A stretch of DNA of 64,000 nucleotides from a virus. Positions 10,343-19,141 of the stretch are shown one piece after another. The stretch spans positions 64,001 through 128,000 of the IMG/VR virus record IMGVR_UViG_3300046779_000879. One strand, 5' to 3'. The translations under genes were made by a program, and so were the position numbers. Positions within the stretch are counted from its first letter, which is position 1. Every line of letters starts with the position of its first letter. The notes under the pieces were generated by a model that ran no database searches, had not been told where the DNA came from, and saw only the letters and a program-made list of their open reading frames with translations.

Positions 10343-10365
10343 AGAGGGAGACCAACTCTCCCTCT
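10343..10365 (-). terminator. stem-loop (terminator or 5' stabilising hairpin)
   Basis: 9-bp inverted repeat AGAGGGAGA/TCTCCCTCT, then TATTTCT on the minus strand. Confidence 0.55.
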
Positions 10366-10375
10366 TTACATCATG

Positions 10376-10383
10376 TATTTATT
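10376..10383 (-). promoter_or_regulatory. T4-type late promoter
   Basis: AATAAATA at the gene boundary. Confidence 0.5.
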
Positions 10384-10918
10384 ACGCTACTGTTAAAGTC
10401 GCTGCGTTAGAAGTCTTAGTGTCAGCACCAGCTAGAGATACTAGAACACGATACTTGTCGCCATCTGTTGCACCTGCGCCATCACCAGTTGCTGTCGCAC
10501 CAGTTGTGTATGACGCAGTAGTTCCACCAGTACCAGTTGTTACGTTAGCCCATGCGCCAGCACCTTCTTGTTGAATCTGCCATTGGTATGTGATTGTACC
10601 AGTACCAGTACGAGTAGCAGTTACGCTAAATGTAGCTGTTGCTGGAGCAGTTACAGATTGATTAGCTGGTTGTACAGTGATAGTAATTTCTGGGGCAATA
10701 GTGTCATTGTCACCAGTCATTGAACCCATCGCAACCAATACTTCGTGGAATACACGACCAGAGCGATCTCCAGAACCAGTTGTTTTTAAATTCCAGCCAG
10801 CAGTTAATCCATTAGCAGTTGCTTCTTCAGTATTAATACCAACAGTGTTTGATGCGTCTGTTGCATTTAAAAACTTTGGTTTACCTGCTTCCTCGTCTAC
10901 GTTTGTCCATAGTGCCAT
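10382..10918 (-). CDS. virion structural protein with Ig-like domain
   Basis: MALW N-terminus; ITVQPANQSV..TYQWQ..YRVLVS..SNAATLTV Ig fold. Confidence 0.75.
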   Translation of the reverse strand: MALWTNVDEEAGKPKFLNATDASNTVGINTEEATANGLTAGWNLKTTGSGDRSGRVFHEVLVAMGSMTGDNDTIAPEITITVQPANQSVTAPATATFSVTATRTGTGTITYQWQIQQEGAGAWANVTTGTGGTTASYTTGATATGDGAGATDGDKYRVLVSLAGADTKTSNAATLTVA

Positions 10919-10930
10919 TTTTATTTCTCC

Positions 10931-12532
10931 TTATTTGTATAACTTTGAAGTGCCAGTAATTTTACCAGCACCAGATTTTGCCCCAGCTGGGCGACCACGA
11001 CCACGCTTTACAGCTGGCTGTTGTTTTGGTTTCTTATCATCAGCATCGTCAGCACCTTCTGGATCTACATATGATCCACCATAAGTGCCTTTGTGAACAT
11101 AACGACCATCTTTTGCTTCATACTCAAGCATCATTGCAAATTCTTTATAAGAAACTTTATTGTTTATGATATTACCATCTGCATCAAAACTTTCTTTCAC
11201 ATTAGTTGGCATACCATTGATTGGTTTCTTAGTTGCTTTATATGCTTTGTGCTCTGGAGTACCTTTAATATATTTTTTATCTGGAACTGGAGCAACAGGT
11301 GCTTGCTCTTCTATTTCAGAGTGTAGATAATCAGACGCAGTTTGAATGTAGTCAGCAGCAAGAGTAATCTTAGACTGAACCCACTCAGGTAGATTAGTAT
11401 CAGGTTGCATTTTTGCTTGTAGTGCCTCAGCATGACGCATGATGGTCTTTAGTTGAGTAACAGCCATCTCACCTTCGTAGTTGTACTCATTGTCATCTTT
11501 CTCAAACAAACGATCGATATCTTCTTTCATTTGTTTCTTTATTGCGTCTTTAGCAAGTGCACGTGCACGACTCATTGGTGATTGAGTAGTGCCATCTGAG
11601 TTTTTAGCAGGTTTAGTCTTTGTGTATGGACCATCGAATGGAACATCGTCTTTTTTAACTTCTTCGGCTTTCATTGCAGCACGACCAATTGCTACGTTTA
11701 AATTCTGTGCTCTTTTGTAACCATATTCAGCAGGATCTAACTTAAGACCACGATTGATTTGTGCACCTTTAGATGCAGCCATCACATTTTTCATTATCTT
11801 GTTTCTTTTAGCTTGATCAGATTTCTCGTCTAATTCTTGAACTTCTTCTGCCATTTTTATTCTGTTTTTCATAAACTCAGAACGACCACGTCCAACTGTG
11901 CCACCAATTCGATCTGTCTTCTTTGCTGCAGTTTGAGCATTATCAAAATGTCTTTCTTCGCCATCCATGTCACCCTTAGCATTTGCTCTTGCTGCTTTCT
12001 TCATGTGTCCCATAACTACATCACCATGAACTTTTGTGATTGCTTTTTCAGTTGGCTTGGTATCGTTACCATTAACATGAGCATTTGCAAATTTATTGTA
12101 GAGAGTTCTTACTGATAGATCACCTTCGTCTAATTCTTCAGCTTCTTCTTTCATCGCTTGTTTAGTTGCAGTAGCATACATAACTTCTTTTGCTCTGTCA
12201 CCGTAACGTGCTTTGAAGCCAGCTAAGTTTTTCTTCATACCTTTAACGATACGCTCTCTTTCAGCCATATCTGCATCAGACATCTTGGCTTCTTTCATTT
12301 CTTCTTTGTCGTCTTTAGATTCAGCATCGTTGAAAACGATTTCTTTATGAGACTTACGACCAGATGGACCAACTTTATAATCGGCACGAGCCATACGAAC
12401 TTCTGCCTCATCTAACTCTTCTTCCTCTTTACGAAGAAGTTTAAAGTCTTGAGCATCGATCTCGCCATTCTTGTTCTTATCGATCTTGTGTTGTTTGCCC
12501 TTCAAGGCTTCCATAAATGATTTAAATTGCAT
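10931..12532 (-). CDS. putative internal head (poly)protein with EF-hand and AT-hook
   Basis: CTS-like MQFKSFME, DKNKNGEIDAQD EF-hand, repeated ELDE sites, LPEWVQSKITLA motif, KRGRGRP. Confidence 0.6.
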   Translation of the reverse strand: MQFKSFMEALKGKQHKIDKNKNGEIDAQDFKLLRKEEEELDEAEVRMARADYKVGPSGRKSHKEIVFNDAESKDDKEEMKEAKMSDADMAERERIVKGMKKNLAGFKARYGDRAKEVMYATATKQAMKEEAEELDEGDLSVRTLYNKFANAHVNGNDTKPTEKAITKVHGDVVMGHMKKAARANAKGDMDGEERHFDNAQTAAKKTDRIGGTVGRGRSEFMKNRIKMAEEVQELDEKSDQAKRNKIMKNVMAASKGAQINRGLKLDPAEYGYKRAQNLNVAIGRAAMKAEEVKKDDVPFDGPYTKTKPAKNSDGTTQSPMSRARALAKDAIKKQMKEDIDRLFEKDDNEYNYEGEMAVTQLKTIMRHAEALQAKMQPDTNLPEWVQSKITLAADYIQTASDYLHSEIEEQAPVAPVPDKKYIKGTPEHKAYKATKKPINGMPTNVKESFDADGNIINNKVSYKEFAMMLEYEAKDGRYVHKGTYGGSYVDPEGADDADDKKPKQQPAVKRGRGRPAGAKSGAGKITGTSKLYK

Positions 12533-12534
12533 TC

Positions 12535-12981
12535 TTATTCCCCAGATTTAAGGATAGATTTTAACATCCATCCATGTTTCTTATGTGCGTCTAGTCTACC
12601 AGCTACGAAATCAGCAAACCCCTGCTCACCTGCAGTGTCTAATTCCCCGAATAATTTATTTAGGGTTATAATGCTTTGGTTATTTGCAATTAATAGATCT
12701 GCCACCATCGCAGATGCATTTGTTGCAACATTGTCTCCATCAATAGTCTTTAGAGCAAAAACTTCATCTAAATTCTTTGGAGCATACTCGCCGAGTGCTC
12801 GAATTTCTTCTGCAAATGGATCAACTGCCCCTTGTAACTCTTCATATAAGTCACCGAAAAACTCATGCATTTGTGGGAAGAACATACCTTCCACATTCCA
12901 GTGATACGATTGTGCTTTGAAATACATTACGAATGTATTTGCCATTGCTTGTTTTGCGGTTTCAATCATTAACAGTTCCAC
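12535..12981 (-). CDS. dps: Dps/ferritin-like DNA protection protein
   Basis: YHWNVEG, HEFFGDLY, DPFAEEIR, KHGWML. Confidence 0.9.
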   Translation of the reverse strand: MELLMIETAKQAMANTFVMYFKAQSYHWNVEGMFFPQMHEFFGDLYEELQGAVDPFAEEIRALGEYAPKNLDEVFALKTIDGDNVATNASAMVADLLIANNQSIITLNKLFGELDTAGEQGFADFVAGRLDAHKKHGWMLKSILKSGE

Positions 12982-13934
12982 TTTCTAAGAGCCAGTGCCT
13001 TACGAGTTGGTTCACCATTTGGTTTTTTCATTGGACCTTCCATACCACCCATACGTGCGCAGAAAGATTTTCTACGCTTTGCTGCTTTGCTGTCTGGGTT
13101 TAACTTAGATGGTGGAGTCGTTACTGGTGCTTTTAGATTAGCACCTTTAGCATTATATGCATCACGACCTTTTTGAGTTAAACCACCAGTAGAAGACTTG
13201 TGTCCTTTGGCATCGACTGCATACTCTAGCAACTCTTCATCGCTAAACTGTTCAAACTTTTCCCAAACATATTCAGGATCTAGATTATGTTGTAGTGCAA
13301 GATCTTCAATAACTTCTTCGATTAAGTCAAACTGTTGTTCAACTTCTTCATTCTTTGGTACGCAGTCAGGAACCATGCGGTCACCTTTCTTTTTCATACC
13401 AACTTGCTTATGAGTATCCCAGCATGCTTCGTATAACTCTTCATCCATCTCTTCACCGAACATCTCACGATACTTCTTAGTGTGCTTGGATTCTTTGGTC
13501 TTTGCTTCTGCATCTCCAGGTGCTGGAGCATATGCAGATGGATCGCTATCGCTTTTCTTATCCATTTTGTCCCAATGTGCTGCTCTGGCTTTTGCTGTTG
13601 AAGCAGATAGACCAGCAACATATTTCTTTGGTAGACCAGACTCTTTATCTTTTGGAACTTCTGGTAGATTATTTTCTACGATTTCTTCTTCACGTAGATC
13701 TTTATCAGCACCATGATAAGTTCCCTTACCTTTAGTGATATAAGAATTTACACGAGCCATACCCCACTGTTGTGGAGTAGTTCCTGGACGATGACCAGAG
13801 TTCCATGCAGCAACACCACGACGATATACTTTACGTAGTGTGCCAATAGAAATACCTGACTTTGATGCTTTGGCTGCGAGACCAGCGTCAGCAGTTTCGC
13901 AGATTGTGATTGCAAATTGTTTTAATGATAGCAT
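12969..13934 (-). CDS. putative internal head protein
   Basis: KVYRRGVAAW..WGMARVNSY, EACWD..VPDCVP, RRKSFCARM..ALRKWNC modules typical of T4-like head proteins. Confidence 0.6.
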   Translation of the reverse strand: MLSLKQFAITICETADAGLAAKASKSGISIGTLRKVYRRGVAAWNSGHRPGTTPQQWGMARVNSYITKGKGTYHGADKDLREEEIVENNLPEVPKDKESGLPKKYVAGLSASTAKARAAHWDKMDKKSDSDPSAYAPAPGDAEAKTKESKHTKKYREMFGEEMDEELYEACWDTHKQVGMKKKGDRMVPDCVPKNEEVEQQFDLIEEVIEDLALQHNLDPEYVWEKFEQFSDEELLEYAVDAKGHKSSTGGLTQKGRDAYNAKGANLKAPVTTPPSKLNPDSKAAKRRKSFCARMGGMEGPMKKPNGEPTRKALALRKWNC

Positions 13935-13942
13935 GTTATTCC

Positions 13943-16219
13943 TTAAAATACGCTAGGCTGTGAACCTTGAGTATACTTTGAGTGAGACATACGTGCCTTC
14001 TCAACTTTACGAACACGTGGAGCAAGACGAGTGGCAATACGTCCAATAAGTGCTTTACGTTGTTCTAATGTTCTTTCGATTCTTTCTTTCTCACCAACAG
14101 AAAGTTTACTCGCATCACGACCACGTAGTAGACGTTGCTTCATTAGTTTAATTGCAAGGCGACGTGCACGTTTGTTAATTGTTGCAGTGTTTGAGTAACG
14201 CTTCAACGCAATTTTAGTTGCACGTTCACGTTTTGCTGCAGTGCGACGAATACGGAACTTTGCTTTCATTCTTTCGATACGAGAAAGGACTTCCATGATT
14301 GCTTGTTCATCAAGAGCATCTTCTTCAGGTGACTTTGGAATCTCTTCGCCAGTTTCATCATCGACTAAACCAAGTTCGTCTTCACCGTACTCGTCCATAA
14401 TTTCTTCGTCAGAAAGATTACCAATCATGGCTTCGATTTCTTTATCATCGATATCATCTTCTTCTGATGTTTCTAGAGGAGTATTTGGAGTGGCAACTTC
14501 AATCGTTTGATCTTCTTCTTTAAAGAATGGATCAAATGTAGGTTTTAGTTGAGTTTGATCAATTGATTTATCGTCACAAACACATGGAGATTTTTCGCAT
14601 TCTTCACAAATATCATCTTCAAATTCTATTTCTTCACCAATTGCTTTTCTTAACCCACGAATGGCAAAATCATGCGATTTTAAATGCGCTGGACCTGCCC
14701 ATTCTCCTGAATGTTTCCTTAAAGAATCTCTCTCTTTAGTTAAATGATGTATAATTTCTTTTGTTTTAGAGGTGCCATGCTTCTTTGCTATGTCAGAGTA
14801 ATTAGACTGTCCTTTGATATGAGTATCATACACTGGCGTAGTAGAAGATTCTTTTAATCTTTCTCTCTCTGACTTTTGCTTGTTTGCTAAAGATTCTTTT
14901 TCTTGTGCATGTTTAGCCATTAGATTTGCTTTGGCAACTTCATTTGACTTTGGATCAGGAGTGCTATTTTCTGCAACACTTTGCATTTTTGATAAGAAAG
15001 ATTTAGCAAGTGCCTTTTGTTTGGCAGTGTGTTCTGGATCTGTTTCAATATGTTGAGCAGTTAATTCATGACCACCTTCTTTACCGTAAGTAGTCATACC
15101 TTTCTTCATAATCTTTTTAGCGATCTCAAAACCATGTTGTTCACCAAGATGATATTTAACTTTACGACGACGTAGATTATCTTGACCACCTGGAGATACT
15201 AAAGTGTGTCCAACTTCTCTTTTATCTGCTGCATGTGAATCATAGTCAGCATCAATATCAGACTCGTTATCTTTCTTATGGTCAGCTTGAGATTCTTTAC
15301 CTTTGTGTTGCTCTTCTTTAATCTTCTGTGCCTTAGTGTAATTATAGAAAGTGATCATTCCCTTCTTCACTGTTTTCTCGGGAAACTTACCAACTTCACT
15401 GGTTGGTTCAGAAGTCTTGGTATCGATCTTGTCTGTACCATTTGGTTGAATTGGTGCTTCTGTTAGGTTTGATTCGTTCATTTCTTTTTCTTCTGTAGGT
15501 TTAACATCTTGAATCCATTTGGAAATCAATTTGCCTGTTGATTCTTTTAACAACAAATGATTAGAGCCACGCTTTACAATTGTAAATTTCTCACCATTTG
15601 ATTCTACGATATCACCTTCGTTAAAAATTTCACCACGGAAATACTTCTCACGCAGTTTATCTTTAACCAAGACTATCTGTTCTTTAATAGGCTCAAGACC
15701 TAGACCAGTACGCATCTCATTCATTAGACGTTTACCATCAATATCACGAATGGTGCTTGGTAATCTCTTTTTAAAGTTTTCGTAGATACCCTTTGAAGCA
15801 AACTGCCTCATTTTAGTATTGTCTGCTTCTGGATCTTTATCTACAGGAATAAGTTCTACATTCTGTAGCTTACGCATTTCTGTGATTTGATCAGTTCCAG
15901 CAACAAGGATAATCTTCTTGTACTTCTTATGTAACTCTGTAATAACTTCTTGTAGATTTGATTCGTTGAGTGACTTAAACTTAGTCTTAGGGAACATTAG
16001 ATTAAGGTAATGTTCCTTTTTGTCCTCTTGAATCAGACTATTTTTAGATGGGGATGTATAGATAACGTGTGCGGAACTCTTCTGTTCTGCCAGTTTTTTG
16101 ACTGTCTTTACCAATAATTCGTGACCAACAGTCGGAGGGTTAAATTCTCCAACTGCGCATACAATGGTATTGGACGGTAGTTCTCTGATTAACTGTTTGT
16201 AATCTTTCATTTTATCCAT
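13943..16219 (-). CDS. cytidylyltransferase-like domain protein fused to head-protein segments
   Basis: GEFNPPTVGH (HIGH-like), LREKYFRGEIF module, acidic linkers, basic C-terminus. Confidence 0.65.
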   Translation of the reverse strand: MDKMKDYKQLIRELPSNTIVCAVGEFNPPTVGHELLVKTVKKLAEQKSSAHVIYTSPSKNSLIQEDKKEHYLNLMFPKTKFKSLNESNLQEVITELHKKYKKIILVAGTDQITEMRKLQNVELIPVDKDPEADNTKMRQFASKGIYENFKKRLPSTIRDIDGKRLMNEMRTGLGLEPIKEQIVLVKDKLREKYFRGEIFNEGDIVESNGEKFTIVKRGSNHLLLKESTGKLISKWIQDVKPTEEKEMNESNLTEAPIQPNGTDKIDTKTSEPTSEVGKFPEKTVKKGMITFYNYTKAQKIKEEQHKGKESQADHKKDNESDIDADYDSHAADKREVGHTLVSPGGQDNLRRRKVKYHLGEQHGFEIAKKIMKKGMTTYGKEGGHELTAQHIETDPEHTAKQKALAKSFLSKMQSVAENSTPDPKSNEVAKANLMAKHAQEKESLANKQKSERERLKESSTTPVYDTHIKGQSNYSDIAKKHGTSKTKEIIHHLTKERDSLRKHSGEWAGPAHLKSHDFAIRGLRKAIGEEIEFEDDICEECEKSPCVCDDKSIDQTQLKPTFDPFFKEEDQTIEVATPNTPLETSEEDDIDDKEIEAMIGNLSDEEIMDEYGEDELGLVDDETGEEIPKSPEEDALDEQAIMEVLSRIERMKAKFRIRRTAAKRERATKIALKRYSNTATINKRARRLAIKLMKQRLLRGRDASKLSVGEKERIERTLEQRKALIGRIATRLAPRVRKVEKARMSHSKYTQGSQPSVF

Positions 16220-16237
16220 CTATAAAGGGTTTGCCTA

Positions 16238-16247
16238 ATTATTTAGG
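16238..16247 (-). promoter_or_regulatory. T4-type late promoter
   Basis: CCTAAATAAT upstream of the 758-aa ORF. Confidence 0.55.
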
Positions 16248-16258
16248 ACTTTTGTAAA

Positions 16259-16495
16259 TTACGCTAAGGCGATTAACGCTTCTGCTGCAGCTGCAATCCA
16301 ACGACAGGCGATCTCATCTGAGGCTAATTCTTGCTGGGCACGAACCGAAGCGATCTCTTGGAGTAGATAATCATACTCCTCTCTACTTAGCTGTCCCTGT
16401 TCGAAGTTCTCACGAATAACCAATAGTTCGTTGGCTAAAACTGCTGCTGGACCACCTAGTCCTGCTTGTTCTCTTAGATCGTTTATAATACTCAT
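16259..16495 (-). CDS. hypothetical protein
   Basis: ORF coupled to the upstream lipoprotein. Confidence 0.6.
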   Translation of the reverse strand: MSIINDLREQAGLGGPAAVLANELLVIRENFEQGQLSREEYDYLLQEIASVRAQQELASDEIACRWIAAAAEALIALA

Positions 16496-16836
16496 TTTCT
16501 TCCTTTCCATGCATCGGTGATAACATCTACTCTGGCTTTGTTAATTTTGATAACAGACTCACAGAACTTCTCATTTTTAGACTCGTGTGCTTTCTTTAAA
16601 GCTGATTCTAGTCCCTCGACTGCTGGTGCTTGAGGATCGTTACGATGCCATGTATAGACTTTTAGTTTCTCTATCTTAGAGAATGCATCGTTCCAGTCTT
16701 TATTCGTGCAGTTTAATTTATCAACTGCAATCTTTACTTCAACTAGATTATTAAACGCAGCACCATCATGTGGAATAGGAAAGATTACTGCACATCCTGA
16801 TAATGCTACTGCTAGAATTAAAATTAGTTTTTTCAT
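16492..16836 (-). CDS. lipoprotein
   Basis: MKKLILILAVALSGC lipobox. Confidence 0.75.
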   Translation of the reverse strand: MKKLILILAVALSGCAVIFPIPHDGAAFNNLVEVKIAVDKLNCTNKDWNDAFSKIEKLKVYTWHRNDPQAPAVEGLESALKKAHESKNEKFCESVIKINKARVDVITDAWKGRK

Positions 16837-18233
16837 TAGTATATTTCCCTCCATTGAAGAGCAGCACCCACAGTGGCAGTGGCATTTCCTGCGGTTGAAA
16901 TAGTTTTAACTACAATAACATAAACCTCAGAATTATTAGAGTCAAAATTTTGATTTAGAGCATTTTTCTTAGCACTAGTTAGTTCTCCAGAGTTTACTGG
17001 AGATAAAGAGTTTTGAGAAGCACCAGCTGGAATAAAACCAGCCGATAACATATCACCATCTGCTTCAACATACCCTGTTTGTGTCACTGAATATTCAACA
17101 GCACTATCATCATTAACAGATACCCAAGTTACAGTTCCTGTTAAGGATGCAGCTGTAGGTAGTTTTATTACTTGATAGTATACGCTATTCGTTTCTGCGT
17201 AGAAAGAAACATTATTTAAACGAGCAGTGATTCTATTTGGATAACCATTAAATGTATTTTTTAATCTAATAGCAACCAAAGGAAGTGGTGTTGCTGCTGG
17301 CGATGCAGTCGTTCTTGCTAACGGAGCAATTGCCCAGTCGATACCATTTTGCGAGTACCCACCTTCACTAATAACAGTAGCACAGATTTGATCTAAACTT
17401 CCACCAGTGGTCGTTCCTGTGTTAAGAATTTCACAACGAACAGGAAGATTAGGATTTGAAATATAAACTTCACTTAACACGTTACTGCAATTATATTCAT
17501 GAGCAATAATATACACTCCATCATGAACAAAACCGACTCGGATTCTACCAACACCTAACCATTGGAAATCCATATAAACGAGTTGGGTCTTTGACATGTT
17601 AATGTTAAAGCCACTTGGACCAGTACCATCACATTTGTCTACATTCCACAAATGTTGTGGAACTCTACGAACATATTCACCCTGTGTGGCTTCACTTGGT
17701 GAACCAGAAACATAACTTCTTACCACAAAGTTAAGTGTTCCATTGTTTGTATTGTCGCTAGTGTTAGAACCAACCTGTTCGAAATAGATGCCATCTCTGT
17801 CATCAAAGTATCCAGTTCTTTTCGTCACATTTCTTTGAGCATACCCAAAACAAATAGATGATAGAATTGTTTGGGATTTTCCTGGCTGATAGTGATGATA
17901 AAATTTAGTTTGGTGTGCAGCATATGACGTTGTATTGCTAGTAGTTGATAATACAGCACATGCTTTGTTCGAAATAAAAGTTACAGAACCACCATTTGAT
18001 ACTTTGTCTACAAAGTTAGGATCAAGAGCATAAAGATGTTTATAATCTCCCAGTGTGAATGGTTCACTGACACGCTGTCTACCAAATGCATCGTTACCAC
18101 CACCTGATGGAGTAGTTTGAGCATCTACATATATTGGGTTTGCAGCAGAGTTTACTGTGGTGTTCTTTGATACTGGTAACGGATTTCCAATATCATTCTT
18201 AACTTCTTGATTGTTTGTGAACAAATATGTCAT
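16836..18233 (-). CDS. beta-rich virion-associated protein
   Basis: DAFGRQRVSEP, YQPGKSQ, DFQWLGVGRIRVGF motifs of a widespread phage family. Confidence 0.6.
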   Translation of the reverse strand: MTYLFTNNQEVKNDIGNPLPVSKNTTVNSAANPIYVDAQTTPSGGGNDAFGRQRVSEPFTLGDYKHLYALDPNFVDKVSNGGSVTFISNKACAVLSTTSNTTSYAAHQTKFYHHYQPGKSQTILSSICFGYAQRNVTKRTGYFDDRDGIYFEQVGSNTSDNTNNGTLNFVVRSYVSGSPSEATQGEYVRRVPQHLWNVDKCDGTGPSGFNINMSKTQLVYMDFQWLGVGRIRVGFVHDGVYIIAHEYNCSNVLSEVYISNPNLPVRCEILNTGTTTGGSLDQICATVISEGGYSQNGIDWAIAPLARTTASPAATPLPLVAIRLKNTFNGYPNRITARLNNVSFYAETNSVYYQVIKLPTAASLTGTVTWVSVNDDSAVEYSVTQTGYVEADGDMLSAGFIPAGASQNSLSPVNSGELTSAKKNALNQNFDSNNSEVYVIVVKTISTAGNATATVGAALQWREIY

Positions 18234-19141
18234 ACGATTCTCCAACCATTACGATATATCATCTGTATGGCTCCATTGTTAATTTGAATTATGAAACCAC
18301 CAGCATCGTTATCAACAGTCCCAAGTACGGTAATAGGATTGATTTCTGCGTCGCCATCTTCATCTTTAATGATTAACATTCTACCAGAATTGGCAGATGA
18401 TGGTAGTGTTATTGTTACTGGACCAGCATAGTTCACACCAATGTAGTAGTCACTATCTTGTACTGTATATGTCGGTGTTGTTACTTCAGTTGTATTATAT
18501 ACAACTTCGTATGGATTGATTTCATCAAATACAAATTTCTTGCGAGCACCATCATACTTTAACCAGCGTCCATCTAATATGGTTTCTCTGGCGACATCGT
18601 CAAGGTATCTAAGATTAACTTCACCAGATCCTGGACCAGCATTGTTAATCTTACCGATCCATTGCTCAAGGAATTTAATCTTGTTATTGATTAGTTGAAA
18701 TTCTCTCTGCGAACTATCTTCTTTAGGAGTTTCAAACTGAGGCGACTTTAAGTATTTTTCAATAGAAGGTAAATCAGCAATGGCTGGATGTTGAGTCTCA
18801 GCTGGAACATCTCCAATCGGAGTTGGGAGTGGTTTAGTTTCAATAAGAACTTCCTCAACTAATTGAGGGTTTTCTTGAATGATTTCTTCTTTTCTATTCT
18901 TTAGAGATGCTAGTTCTGCAAATAAAGAATCAAAATCTGTTTTAACATTTTCTTTAATGTCAGATTCTAATTTTCTATTCTTCTGAACGACAGGATCTTT
19001 GTCCTTTAAATGTGACAATTGGGAGAATAATCCTCCCAAGTCTTCTTTAATATTTTCTTTTATCTCTCTATTCTTAACAGCAACAGGATCTTTTTGTTTA
19101 CCCTCTGCCATTAATTTGAGGAAATCATTTAATTCACTCAT
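18230..19141 (-). CDS. hypothetical protein with C-terminal tail-fibre-like repeat
   Basis: GSGEVNLRYLDDV and YYIGVN..TITLP..GRMLIIKDE. Confidence 0.55.
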   Translation of the reverse strand: MSELNDFLKLMAEGKQKDPVAVKNREIKENIKEDLGGLFSQLSHLKDKDPVVQKNRKLESDIKENVKTDFDSLFAELASLKNRKEEIIQENPQLVEEVLIETKPLPTPIGDVPAETQHPAIADLPSIEKYLKSPQFETPKEDSSQREFQLINNKIKFLEQWIGKINNAGPGSGEVNLRYLDDVARETILDGRWLKYDGARKKFVFDEINPYEVVYNTTEVTTPTYTVQDSDYYIGVNYAGPVTITLPSSANSGRMLIIKDEDGDAEINPITVLGTVDNDAGGFIIQINNGAIQMIYRNGWRIV

